In this document: piece by piece, positions 40,452 to 50,149 of the stretch
How the letters are laid out: each line of letters opens with the position of its first letter
How positions within the stretch are numbered: position 1 is the first letter of the stretch
Source of the DNA: an uncultured bacterium
Lineage (GTDB): Bacteria > Patescibacteriota > Minisyncoccia > Phycocordibacterales > GWA1-40-21
Assembly (NCBI GenBank): GCA_963804975.1
Contig: CAWDSG010000002.1
Location: 277,015-341,014, forward strand
Reading direction: 5' to 3'
Length of the DNA: 64,000 nt
The notes under the pieces: generated by a model
What the model was told of the DNA's origin: nothing
Database searches by the model: none
What the model saw: only the letters and a program-made list of their open reading frames with translations
Made by a program: the position numbers and the translations under genes

Positions 40452-40518
40452 TTAGAAATATAGCAAAATTATTATAAAAAGTCAAAGTTATCAACAGGTA
40501 ATATGATATAATAATCTT

Positions 40519-41286
40519 ATGTCCGAATACTACAAAGCCAATAGAACACGCAATCTTTATGACCCGAAAGCGAAGGAGCCGTTCAAATTGTCGCGGTCAA
40601 AAATAGAGCTTTTTATGAATTGCCCGAAATGCTTTTACTTGGACCGCCGACTTGGCATAGGCAGGCCGCCGGGATTCCCGTTTGCGCTCAATTCGGCGGT
40701 GGATCATTTGCTGAAACTTGAATTTGATATTCACCGGACAAAAGGGGAACAGCATCCTCTGCAAAAAGAATATAAAATAGACGCAATACCGGCAAAACAC
40801 GAAGAGCTTAATGTTTGGCGGGAGAATTTCAAGGGTATGCAGTTTTATCATAAAAAAACAAATTTCATGCTTACCGGCGCCATAGATGATTTATGGATAA
40901 ACAGCAAAGGCGAATATATCGTCGTGGATTACAAATCAACAGCAAAAGAAGAAGCGGTTTCTGTGCTTGATAAGGATTGGCAGGACGGCTATAAAAGGCA
41001 GATGGAAATTTATCAGTGGCTTCTGCGGAATATGGGGTACAAGGTTTCGGATGTCGGATATTTTGTTTATTGCACGGGCAAGTTGGACAGAAAAGCTTTT
41101 GACAAGAAGCTTGAATTTGACGTGAACCTGATAGAATATAAGGGAAGCGATAAATGGATTGAAAAAACAGTGCAGGATATGAAAAAATGCCTGGACGGGA
41201 AAATGCCGAAAGCGGACCCGAAATGCGATTATTGCAATTATCGCGACGCGGCAGGGGAAGTGGAACCTGTCCGGTCAGGAAAATAA
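40519..41286 (+). CDS. PD-(D/E)XK nuclease superfamily (RecB/Cas4-like)
   Basis: LSRSKI....CPKCFY, GAIDD, VVDYKST, Q..IY, C-terminal CDYC. Confidence 0.8.
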   Translation: MSEYYKANRTRNLYDPKAKEPFKLSRSKIELFMNCPKCFYLDRRLGIGRPPGFPFALNSAVDHLLKLEFDIHRTKGEQHPLQKEYKIDAIPAKHEELNVWRENFKGMQFYHKKTNFMLTGAIDDLWINSKGEYIVVDYKSTAKEEAVSVLDKDWQDGYKRQMEIYQWLLRNMGYKVSDVGYFVYCTGKLDRKAFDKKLEFDVNLIEYKGSDKWIEKTVQDMKKCLDGKMPKADPKCDYCNYRDAAGEVEPVRSGK

Positions 41287-41290
41287 ATTT

Positions 41291-41692
41291 ATGAAAAATT
41301 ACGAATGGTATCAACAATTGAAAAAGCCGAAGTTTGCTCCGCCAGCGGGGATTTTCGGGCCGGTGTGGACAATTCTCTACATAATCATTCTCATTTCATT
41401 CGGATATGTGGCATATCTGTCTTTCATCAATAAAATTCCCTTTCTTATTTTTCTGCCGTTCATTCTCAATCTGATTTTCAACGTCATTTATACGCCGATA
41501 CAGTTCGGCTTGAAAAATAATTGGCTTGCCGCAGTTGATATACTTTTCGTCCTCGCAACTCTGATATGGTTTATCGTCGCAATCTTTCCATTTGTTTCTT
41601 GGGTCTCCTATGCAAATACCCCATATCTTTTATGGGTTTCTTTTGCCACAATATTGCAACTCACTATCACTTGGATGAATAGAAAGAATTAA
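41291..41692 (+). CDS. tspO: TspO/MBR family tryptophan-rich sensory protein
   Basis: WYQQLKKPKFAPP..IFGPVWTILY, PYLLWVSFA. Confidence 0.88.
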   Translation: MKNYEWYQQLKKPKFAPPAGIFGPVWTILYIIILISFGYVAYLSFINKIPFLIFLPFILNLIFNVIYTPIQFGLKNNWLAAVDILFVLATLIWFIVAIFPFVSWVSYANTPYLLWVSFATILQLTITWMNRKN

Positions 41693-41907
41693 TGATAATC
41701 TTGTTTATTATCAATAATGACTTGAGCTCGCTTTTTAGCTTCTTCCGGAGTAATTTCGTTGTTATCTAAACTTTCAGTTAAATTAAATAATGCTGGAATT
41801 TCAGAGTCGTTACCTCCCATCTGTACGCAGCGATCAGCTATTTCCAGTATATATTCCTTTGCTTCATTCTTATCTTTTTCTATTTTACCTATATTTTTTT
41901 CATACAT
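41689..41907 (-). CDS. Small hypothetical protein (72 aa)
   Basis: ORF with TGnTATAAT 6 nt upstream of ATG. Confidence 0.55.
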   Translation of the reverse strand: MYEKNIGKIEKDKNEAKEYILEIADRCVQMGGNDSEIPALFNLTESLDNNEITPEEAKKRAQVIIDNKQDYH

Positions 41908-41992
41908 ATCTGTATTATATCATTAAAATTATTAATTAAAAACAAAAACCCCAATCTTTCGCATTTCGCTACTTGATTGGGGTCGAGGATTT

Positions 41993-42697
41993 TTATTCCT
42001 CCTCTGGATTATTTAAAACCAGCAAACGTCCTTTGGGAAGAACCGGATTATAAATTTTTACCCAGCCCCTTCCTTCGCATTTATGGCATTTTACGGCGTA
42101 GGTCTCGGCAACGATTTTTTCGGTGCCAATGCCGTTTCCCCAGCAGAAAGTACATAATGTTTTAAAGACCGGATGTTTGAATTTCCCGGTTCCTTTGCAA
42201 ACTCTGCAATCAACGATCCTGCCGTTTAACTGCCGAAACTTTCCCGTTCCTTTGCACGGGGGGCAGGGAAATTCTTTTGCTTTTACTCCGGAACCTCCGC
42301 ACTCTTTGCATTCGCATCTTTTAAACCCATAAAATTTTTCAATGCGATAACCACGGTGTTCGCAAACTTCACATTCATAACCGTTCTCGGTTGATTTAAG
42401 TCCGCGGCCAAGCTCCGATAAAGGAGTTCCGTCGGCGGTCTTAACGATATTCGCCAATTTATGATCATTCGGATTGAAAATCACCGAACCTGCTTCGCAA
42501 AACTCTTTCAAAGACGTGAAGTCGCTGAGAAGATCTTTAAAAGCTTCTTCCGAGCCGCCGGCGATATCCGGATGCAATTCTTTGCTCATTTTTCGGTAAA
42601 GATCTTTCAAAACATTGAAATCTACCGGAGGAACAAGGTTAAAGCGGTCTTTCAGAATTTTAATTGCCTGAGCTTCAGTTATAATATTGGTATGCAT
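41993..42697 (-). CDS. J-domain protein with DnaJ-type zinc-finger repeats and no DnaJ C-terminal domain
   Basis: ELHPD motif; CEVCEHRG, CKECGGSG, CPPCKGTG, CRVCKGTG, CTFCWGNG, CHKCEGRG; SD AAGGAGG; promoter TTGACA-17-TACCAT. Confidence 0.8.
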   Translation of the reverse strand: MHTNIITEAQAIKILKDRFNLVPPVDFNVLKDLYRKMSKELHPDIAGGSEEAFKDLLSDFTSLKEFCEAGSVIFNPNDHKLANIVKTADGTPLSELGRGLKSTENGYECEVCEHRGYRIEKFYGFKRCECKECGGSGVKAKEFPCPPCKGTGKFRQLNGRIVDCRVCKGTGKFKHPVFKTLCTFCWGNGIGTEKIVAETYAVKCHKCEGRGWVKIYNPVLPKGRLLVLNNPEEE

Positions 42698-42806
42698 TTG
42701 GGCATACCTCCTTTTAATTTAATGAACGACTAATGCTGTTGCTATGGTATCATATAATTTATTTTTTGTCAAATTTAAAAATACAGGCCAATTTTTGGCT
42801 TGTTGG

Positions 42807-42854
42807 TTATCCACAGCAGATGTGATTTGACATTTTTATATCTTTAGCTATACT
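42807..42854 (+). promoter_or_regulatory. DnaA box plus sigma70 promoter upstream of rpoB
   Basis: TTATCCACA (42807-42815); TTGACA (42827)-16-TATACT (42849). Confidence 0.55.
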
Positions 42855-42924
42855 TTCCATAGCTTTAAACGGAATGAGTTGCGGGCGTAAAGCGCCAAAA
42901 TAGTAAGCTGGATTAATTCGCAAA

Positions 42925-43058
42925 GGTCTTGCTTAAAAAAATAAGATAAATTTAAAGAGGAATATAGATGCCTTGAAGGGAGAGGTGTCTATTTTGCTTT
43001 GTAAAATTTAACAAACAATCCTTTTTGTACAATCGTTCTTATTTTTTTGTGCGAGACC
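42925..43058 (+). promoter_or_regulatory. Long structured segment of the rpoB leader
   Basis: GGTCTTGCTTAAAAAAATAAGA pairs with TCTTATTTTTTTGTGCGAGACC; inner ATAGATGCCT/AGGTGTCTAT stem. Confidence 0.5.
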
Positions 43059-43066
43059 GGCATATT

Positions 43067-43207
43067 TTTATAAAATTAATGAACATCGCGAGTGTAATTT
43101 ATAACCCCGTGAAATAGAAAATTTTTAAATTTTCATTTTGCTAAGGCAAAATATTTCACAGGGTGATAATTTTAAAATTCACTTCGCTCATAATAAAATC
43201 AATCATG
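43067..43207 (+). repeat. Nested structured intergenic element, copy C (upstream of rpoB)
   Basis: ACCCCGTGAAATA/TATTTCACAGGGT...TTCACTTCGCTCATAATAAAATCAATCATG. Confidence 0.8.
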
Positions 43208-46200
43208 ACAAAAAAAACAGCTGATATTTTGGCTGACGGAATCACAGGGGGAAAACTTCCGAAAAAATATTTCTCCAGATTCAAGAAGCCGCTTATTGAT
43301 ATTCCTAATCTGGTTGACCATCAGGTGCGCTCATACGATTGGCTTCTTAAAGAAGGCATCAGGGAAGTGCTCAAGGAATTTTCTCCGATCAAGGATTATG
43401 CCGAGAAAAAATTCGAACTTTCTTTCACCAGTTTTGAAATTGGCGCTCCGTCGTACGACGAATTCCAGGCAAAAGAAAAAAAGATTTCATATGAAGGCCA
43501 GCTGAAAGCTAAAATCAAGCTGAAAAACAGGACGCTTAATTCTGAAATAGAGCAGGAAATTTTTCTTTCAGATATTCCGATAATGACAAATCACGGCACC
43601 TTTATCATAAACGGCATTGAAAGAGTCATTGTGCCGCAGCTTGCGCGTTCCTACGGAATATTCTTTACCCTGAATGATTCAAAAGGGAAAAATTATTTTG
43701 GCGCAAAAGTCATTCCGGCGCGAGGCGCTTGGCTTGAAATAGAATCTGATTCCGACGGCGCGATATATGTCAAAATAGACAAGAAAAGAAAATTCGCAAT
43801 TTCTTCATTACTCAGGATTTTCGGCATGAAAACGGAAAAAGAAATCCTTGGCTTATTCAAAGGCGAGGAAGCGGCGCTAAAAGTAATGGAAACGACGATT
43901 CTCAAGGATCATGCGAAGACGCAGGACGATTCGTATGTCGAAATATACAAAAGATTGAGGGACGGCGACCTTGCGGCGGTTGAGAATGCGCGGGAATACA
44001 TAAATTCCATTTTTAATGCGGAAAGGTATGATATTTCCAGAGTCGGAAGATTCAAGTTCAACAAAAGATTCGGAAAGCCGATGGATGAAAAATCGCTTGA
44101 GAACAAGGCGATAATGCTTGACGACCTTGCGCTTATCATCAAAAAAATCGTGGCGCTCAATAACGATCCGGAAGCGGTGGAAGACGATATTGACCATCTT
44201 GGTTCGCGAAGAGTCCGTTTTGTCGGCGAGCTTATGGCCGCAAAAATCAGAGTCGGAATGGCTCAGATGAAAAGGAATATTCAGGACAGAATGTCCACGA
44301 TCGATCCTGACATCAAAATGCCCGTGCAATTTATTTCCGCTCGGCCGCTTCAGGCGAGGATAAAAGAATTTTTCACTACAAACCCGCTCTCACAATTTAT
44401 GGGGCAGGTTAATTTACTTGAGGAAATAGAGCATTTGAGAAGATTGTCGGCTCTTGGTCCAGGCGGCCTTACAAAAGAAAGAGCCGGCTTTGAAGTGCGC
44501 GATGTCCATCCGTCGCATTACGGCAGAGTTTGCCCAATCCATACGCCTGAAGGACAGAACATCGGCCTTATCTTGAACTTGGCCACTTACGCAAAAGTGA
44601 ACGATTTTGGAATGATAGAGACCCCTTATGCAAAAGTGAAAAACGGCGTGATTACCAAGGAAGTAAAATATTTCAATGCAATTGAGGAAGAAAATTTCAG
44701 GATTGCGCATGGAGCGACACCGTATGATGAAAATGGAAAAATAACGGAAAAAGAAGTGGAGGTCCGTGTGAATGGCGCTCCGGCAATCGTAAAGCGGGAA
44801 GATGTTGATCTGATGGATGTTTCGGCAAACCAGGCGTTTTCCGTTGCCACATCCATGATGCCATTTTTGAATCATGACGACGCAAACCGCGCTCTTATGG
44901 GAACAAATATGCAGAAGCAGGCGGTGCCTTGTGTTATTCCTGAAGCTCCCCTTGTTGCCACAGGAATCGAAACCGAAGCGGCCAGATACACCGGAAGAAT
45001 CATTTATGCGGAAGAAGAGGGAACCGTCAGCGCCGTGGACGCAAGAAAAATCTCCGTTAAGAGCGCAAAGTCCGGAAAAGAAAAAGAATACAATCTTGTC
45101 AATTTTTCAAGGACGAACGGCTTCACTCCGTTCCATCAGAGGCCGTCGGTATCGCTCGGACAGAAAATAAAAAAAGGCGATTTGCTTGCGGATACTTCTT
45201 CTTCGGTCAATGGGCAGATGGCAATAGGCCAGAATGCGCTTGTCGCATTCATGACATGGAGAGGCGCGAATTTTGAGGACGCAATTATTCTTTCCGAAAG
45301 GTTGGTAAAAGACAGCAAATTTTCGTCCGTGCATATCGAGGAATTTGTGGTAAACGTCCGCGATACGAAGCTCGGTCCGGAAGTGACGACCCACGATATT
45401 CCGAATGTCGGGGAAGCGAAGCTGAAAGATTTGGATGAAGACGGCATTGTCAGAATCGGCGCGGAAGTGATGACAGGAGATATTCTTGTCGGAAAAATCA
45501 CTCCAAAAGGCGAGACTCAGCTAACTCCGGAAGAAAGATTGTTAAGAAGTATTTTCGGCGAAAAAGCTCGCGATGTAAAAGATACTTCAAAAAGATTGGA
45601 AAGCGGAAAGCGGGGGAGGGTGATTTCCGTAAAAATCCGATCCCGTGAAAATGGAGACAAGCTTGAATCAGGAATCATAAAAACTATTTATATTGAAGTT
45701 GCGCAGCTCCGAAATATTTCAGTCGGAGACAAGCTTGCGGGGAGGCACGGGAACAAAGGCGTTATTTCAAGAATATTGCCGGTTGAAGACATGCCATATA
45801 TGGAGGACGGCACGCCAGTCGATGTTATTTTGACGCCGCTTGGAATCCCAAGCCGTATGAATCTCGGACAGATCCTTGAGCTTCATCTGGGGCTTGCCGC
45901 AAATACGCTTGGCTATCAGGCAATTATCCCGGCATTTATGGGAGCGACGGAAGAAGAAATAAAAGGCGAGCTTGTGAAAGCAGGTTATAAAGAAAGCGGA
46001 AAAATGAAGCTTTATGACGGCAGAGACGGACAGGCATACGACCAGGAAATTTCGGTTGGCTATATGTATATTTTGAAATTGCATCATGAAGTCGAGGATA
46101 AAATCCACATGAGATCGATCGGACCTTACTCAATGATTACCCAGCAGCCGCTCGGAGGCCGGGCGCAGGGAGGTGGACAGAGATTCGGAGAAATGGAGGT

Positions 46201-46426
46201 CTGGGCCCTTCTCGGATACGGCGCCGCATACACGCTTCGCGAAATGCTTACGATAAAATCCGACGATATCGTCGGGAGATCAGCCGCTTTTGATTCGATT
46301 GTCAAAGGAGAAAGAATCAAACAGCCGAATCTGCCGGCTTCGTTTAATGTGCTTTTAAACAGCTTGAGAGGTCTTGGACTTGATGTCGAACTCAAGAATG
46401 AAAAATTGGATGAAAACGAGAAATAA
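43205..46426 (+). CDS. rpoB: RNA polymerase beta subunit
   Basis: GTFIINGIERV, RDVHPSHYGRVCP, GDKLAGRHGNKG, GGQRFGEME; ATG at 43205. Confidence 0.97.
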   Translation: MTKKTADILADGITGGKLPKKYFSRFKKPLIDIPNLVDHQVRSYDWLLKEGIREVLKEFSPIKDYAEKKFELSFTSFEIGAPSYDEFQAKEKKISYEGQLKAKIKLKNRTLNSEIEQEIFLSDIPIMTNHGTFIINGIERVIVPQLARSYGIFFTLNDSKGKNYFGAKVIPARGAWLEIESDSDGAIYVKIDKKRKFAISSLLRIFGMKTEKEILGLFKGEEAALKVMETTILKDHAKTQDDSYVEIYKRLRDGDLAAVENAREYINSIFNAERYDISRVGRFKFNKRFGKPMDEKSLENKAIMLDDLALIIKKIVALNNDPEAVEDDIDHLGSRRVRFVGELMAAKIRVGMAQMKRNIQDRMSTIDPDIKMPVQFISARPLQARIKEFFTTNPLSQFMGQVNLLEEIEHLRRLSALGPGGLTKERAGFEVRDVHPSHYGRVCPIHTPEGQNIGLILNLATYAKVNDFGMIETPYAKVKNGVITKEVKYFNAIEEENFRIAHGATPYDENGKITEKEVEVRVNGAPAIVKREDVDLMDVSANQAFSVATSMMPFLNHDDANRALMGTNMQKQAVPCVIPEAPLVATGIETEAARYTGRIIYAEEEGTVSAVDARKISVKSAKSGKEKEYNLVNFSRTNGFTPFHQRPSVSLGQKIKKGDLLADTSSSVNGQMAIGQNALVAFMTWRGANFEDAIILSERLVKDSKFSSVHIEEFVVNVRDTKLGPEVTTHDIPNVGEAKLKDLDEDGIVRIGAEVMTGDILVGKITPKGETQLTPEERLLRSIFGEKARDVKDTSKRLESGKRGRVISVKIRSRENGDKLESGIIKTIYIEVAQLRNISVGDKLAGRHGNKGVISRILPVEDMPYMEDGTPVDVILTPLGIPSRMNLGQILELHLGLAANTLGYQAIIPAFMGATEEEIKGELVKAGYKESGKMKLYDGRDGQAYDQEISVGYMYILKLHHEVEDKIHMRSIGPYSMITQQPLGGRAQGGGQRFGEMEVWALLGYGAAYTLREMLTIKSDDIVGRSAAFDSIVKGERIKQPNLPASFNVLLNSLRGLGLDVELKNEKLDENEK

Positions 46427-46441
46427 ACAATAAAAAACACC

Positions 46442-49400
46442 ATGAGAACAAAAGAATCCAAAGAACCGTTTAATGTAGTGTCTCTCGGCCTTGCTTCTCC
46501 GGAAGTGATCGCAAAATGGTCATTCGGCGAAGTTACGAAACCGGAGACCATCAATTACCGGACTCAGCGCAGCGAACGCGGAGGGCTTTTTGACGAAAAA
46601 ATATTCGGTCCGGACAAGGATTACGAATGCTATTGCGGAAAATATCGCGGAATAAGGTACAAAGGAATCATCTGCGAGAAATGCGGAGTGGAAATTACCC
46701 GATCAATCGTAAGACGTGAAAGAATGGGGCACATAGAACTCTCAAGTCCGGTTTCCCATATCTGGTTTTTAAGAGGCATGCCTTCGCGGCTCGGACTCAT
46801 TATGGGAATGTCGGTTGCCGATTTGGAAAAAGTCATCTATTTTGCTGGATATATCATAATAAAGGTCTACCAGACGGAAAAAGACAGAATATTGAAAGAA
46901 ATAGAAAATGAATTCAAAAATAAAGTGAAGGCGGTTACCGACGACAAGACCAAGGAAGCTCTCAAAGAAATGGCGACGAACGCCAAAAAAGAAGTGGAAA
47001 GCATTGCCGAGGGGAAAGTGCTCGACGAAGTGATGTTCCATAAATTTTCCATAAAATACGGCGCAGCTTTTGAAGCGGGGATCGGCGGAGAAGTCATTTA
47101 CGAGATTTTGAAAAAAATAAATCTTCACGATCTGGAGAAAAAAATTCTCGCGGGCCTTGAAAAAGCGAATGCAATTGACAGCGAAAAACTGAACAAAAGA
47201 TTATCCCTTGTCAGATCGCTCATTACATCGGGCGCAAGGCCTGAATGGATGTTCTTGACGAAGATTCCGGTAATACCTCCCGCGCTCCGCCCGATGGTTC
47301 CGCTTGATGGAGGAAGATTCGCAACAAGCGACGTGAACGATTTGTACAGAAGAGTCATCAACAGGAATAACCGCCTTTTAAAACTGAAAGAAATAAACGC
47401 TCCGGATGTCATTTTGAGGAACGAAAAAAGAATTCTGCAGGAAGCGGTTGACGCACTCATTGACAATTCCATCAGGCACGGCAATTCGCTTTTTTCCGCT
47501 CTCGGCAACACTTCGCAAAAAAGGCCGCTCAAATCCCTGGCGGACAATCTGCAGGGAAAACGGGGGCTTTTCAGATCCAATCTTTTGGGAAAGCGCGTGG
47601 ATTATTCAGGGCGTTCCGTCATAGTCGTCGGTCCGGAACTTCATCTAGACCAATGCGGTTTGCCGAAGCACATGGCGCTGGAACTTTTCAGGCCATTCGT
47701 CATTTCGGAACTTTTGAAAAAAGAATTTGCATACAATATCCGCGGTGCTGGCCGGCTGATTGACGACGGAGTGCCGGAGGTCTGGGCGATTCTCGAAGAA
47801 ATAATCAAAGACAAATATGTGCTTTTGAACCGCGCTCCTACGCTCCACCGCCTCGGCATTCAGGCATTCAGGCCGATTCTCATTGAAGGCAACGCTATTC
47901 AGGTTCATCCTCTCGTCTGCACCGCTTTCAACGCGGATTTTGACGGAGACCAAATGGCCGTGCATGTTCCGCTCGGCGCCGATGCCCAGCTTGAAGCAAA
48001 AGAAATAATGGCTTCGGATAAAAATATTCTCAAGCCTGGGGACGGCGAACCGATTTCCGTTCCGTCAAAACTTGACGTGCTTCTCGGGTGCTATTGGATG
48101 ACAAAAATAATGGAAGGAGAAATGGGCGAGGGAAAATATTTTTCATCGACCAATGCCGCCATTACGGCCCATGATTTTGGATTCGTCGGATATAGGGCAA
48201 AGATAAAAGTATTGCCTTCGGATAAGCGCAAATACGCTCAATTTAAAGGAGAACTTTTTGAAACAACAGTCGGAAGATTGCTGTTCAACAGCATATTGCC
48301 GGATAATTACCCATACGTAAACAAGGAAATAGTCCAAAAAGAAATGAAAAAAATTATTGACGATCTTATCCTTGAACACGGCCCTGATAAAATAGGTCCG
48401 ATAATGGATAAAATCAAAAATTTCGGCTTTAAATACGCCACTTACTCGGGAATTACCTGGGGAATAGACGATATAAAAGTTCCGGCTGAAAAGGAACTGA
48501 TCGTAAAAAATTCAAAAGAAAAATCGGCAAAAATTACGGCGGAATACAACGAAGGTCTGATTTCCGAGGAGGAAAAATTGAGATTGAATATTGAAATCTG
48601 GCAGAATGCGAAAGCGGAGCTTGAAAAAATCATACCAAAAACTTTTGATCAGAAAGGCTCCGTATACGATATGTGGAAATCCGGCGCAAGAGGGTCTCTC
48701 GGTTCTATCGTTCAGATGGCCGGCATGAAAGGCCTCATCCAAAACGTTTTGGGCGAAACGATAGAATTTCCGGTCATTAATTCCATGAAAGAAGGTTTGA
48801 CGCCCATTGAATATTTCATCACTACGAACGGTTCAAGAAAAGGCCTGACGGATACCGCGCTCAACACCGCAAAAGCCGGATATCTCACAAGAAGATTGTT
48901 TGATGTCGCTCAGGATATCGTTATTACCGAAACCGATTGCGGCACAAAAGACAGCATAGTTATCAGCAGAGCTTCAAGCATGGAAACCGGTTCTCCGATA
49001 GCCAAAAAAATCAGAGGAAGAATTTTGGCGGAAGATATTGCGGGCAAAGACGGAAAAATTATGTTCAAGAAAGGCCAGCTTCTTACCAAAGAAGATGCCC
49101 AGAAAATCGACGAGGCGGAAATCGGGAGCATCATTGTCCGTTCTCCTCTTTCCTGCAAAACTCTTCATGGCATCTGTTCGAAATGTTACGGCATGGATCT
49201 CGGGAAAGGAACACCGATTGATCTCGGAGAAGCTGTCGGCACTATTGCCGCGCAAGCCATTGGCGAGCCGGGAACGCAGCTTACCATGAGAACGATTCAC
49301 GCCGGAGGAACTGCATCGGTTGGCGGAGATATTACCCAAGGTCTGCCGAGAGTTGATGAAATTTTTGAAAAAAGAAGGCCAAAAAACCCGGCTGTGGTTT

Positions 49401-50125
49401 CAACCGTAAACGGCGTTGTCGCTTCCGTCAAAGATTTTGGAAAAGAAAAAATCATCGCGGTCATTCCGGAAATAGAAGACAAAGGCAAATCGAAAAAATC
49501 GGGCGAAATTGAATACATATTCAATCCAAAAAGAGTTTCTTTCGTAAAATCAGGAGACAAGATTGTAAAAGGGCAGACATTGACGGACGGCTCCGCGGAT
49601 ATTGACGAAATATTCAAATATGCCGGAAAAGACAGGGCGATGGAATATATCATCAGCGAGGTCAGCAAGCCCTATGAGCTCCAAGGAGCGGCAGTGGATA
49701 GAAAGCATATAGAAATAATCGTCAAACAGATGTTCTCGAAAAAAATCGTGGTTGAACCGGGCAATTCTAATTATTGCGAAGGGGACATTATCGACGAGCT
49801 TGATCTTGTCGTTGAAAATAAGAAATTGAAAGAAAACAAAAAAGAGCCGCTTATCGGTGAACCTATGGTTATGGGAATCACCGAATCATCGCTATCGCGA
49901 AGAAGTTTCCTTTCTGCCGCATCGTTCCAGCATACGAAAAGAATTCTCATCAATGCCGCCGTCAGAGGCACAAAAGACACACTTGCCGGCCTCAAGGAAA
50001 ATGTCATTATCGGCAGGATCATACCTGCAGGCACTGGTTTCGCCGGAAGCAAAAAATACGAAATGATCCAGGAACTTCACAAAAACGAAGAAGAAACTTA
50101 CGGCTCCAAAGAGTGGAGAGATTAA
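46442..50125 (+). CDS. rpoC: RNA polymerase beta' subunit
   Basis: KPETINYRT, NADFDGDQMAVH, GEPGTQLTMRT. Confidence 0.97.
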   Translation: MRTKESKEPFNVVSLGLASPEVIAKWSFGEVTKPETINYRTQRSERGGLFDEKIFGPDKDYECYCGKYRGIRYKGIICEKCGVEITRSIVRRERMGHIELSSPVSHIWFLRGMPSRLGLIMGMSVADLEKVIYFAGYIIIKVYQTEKDRILKEIENEFKNKVKAVTDDKTKEALKEMATNAKKEVESIAEGKVLDEVMFHKFSIKYGAAFEAGIGGEVIYEILKKINLHDLEKKILAGLEKANAIDSEKLNKRLSLVRSLITSGARPEWMFLTKIPVIPPALRPMVPLDGGRFATSDVNDLYRRVINRNNRLLKLKEINAPDVILRNEKRILQEAVDALIDNSIRHGNSLFSALGNTSQKRPLKSLADNLQGKRGLFRSNLLGKRVDYSGRSVIVVGPELHLDQCGLPKHMALELFRPFVISELLKKEFAYNIRGAGRLIDDGVPEVWAILEEIIKDKYVLLNRAPTLHRLGIQAFRPILIEGNAIQVHPLVCTAFNADFDGDQMAVHVPLGADAQLEAKEIMASDKNILKPGDGEPISVPSKLDVLLGCYWMTKIMEGEMGEGKYFSSTNAAITAHDFGFVGYRAKIKVLPSDKRKYAQFKGELFETTVGRLLFNSILPDNYPYVNKEIVQKEMKKIIDDLILEHGPDKIGPIMDKIKNFGFKYATYSGITWGIDDIKVPAEKELIVKNSKEKSAKITAEYNEGLISEEEKLRLNIEIWQNAKAELEKIIPKTFDQKGSVYDMWKSGARGSLGSIVQMAGMKGLIQNVLGETIEFPVINSMKEGLTPIEYFITTNGSRKGLTDTALNTAKAGYLTRRLFDVAQDIVITETDCGTKDSIVISRASSMETGSPIAKKIRGRILAEDIAGKDGKIMFKKGQLLTKEDAQKIDEAEIGSIIVRSPLSCKTLHGICSKCYGMDLGKGTPIDLGEAVGTIAAQAIGEPGTQLTMRTIHAGGTASVGGDITQGLPRVDEIFEKRRPKNPAVVSTVNGVVASVKDFGKEKIIAVIPEIEDKGKSKKSGEIEYIFNPKRVSFVKSGDKIVKGQTLTDGSADIDEIFKYAGKDRAMEYIISEVSKPYELQGAAVDRKHIEIIVKQMFSKKIVVEPGNSNYCEGDIIDELDLVVENKKLKENKKEPLIGEPMVMGITESSLSRRSFLSAASFQHTKRILINAAVRGTKDTLAGLKENVIIGRIIPAGTGFAGSKKYEMIQELHKNEEETYGSKEWRD

Positions 50126-50149
50126 AAAAGTAAAAAAGAAAAAGTAAAA

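Noticed and set aside
41266-41279. CCTGTCCGGTCAGG near the nuclease gene 3' end, similar to the core of the alaS palindrome copy
   Set aside because: Only 4-bp arms and a different reading frame; could be a remnant but chance cannot be excluded
40519-41286. Cas4-like nuclease as part of a CRISPR-Cas system
   Set aside because: No cas1/cas2 and no repeat-spacer array in the window
43163-43204. GTG-initiated N-terminal extension of RpoB in the ORF track
   Set aside because: Lies within repeat element copy C; ATG 43205 matches the start context of rpmJ and rpsD
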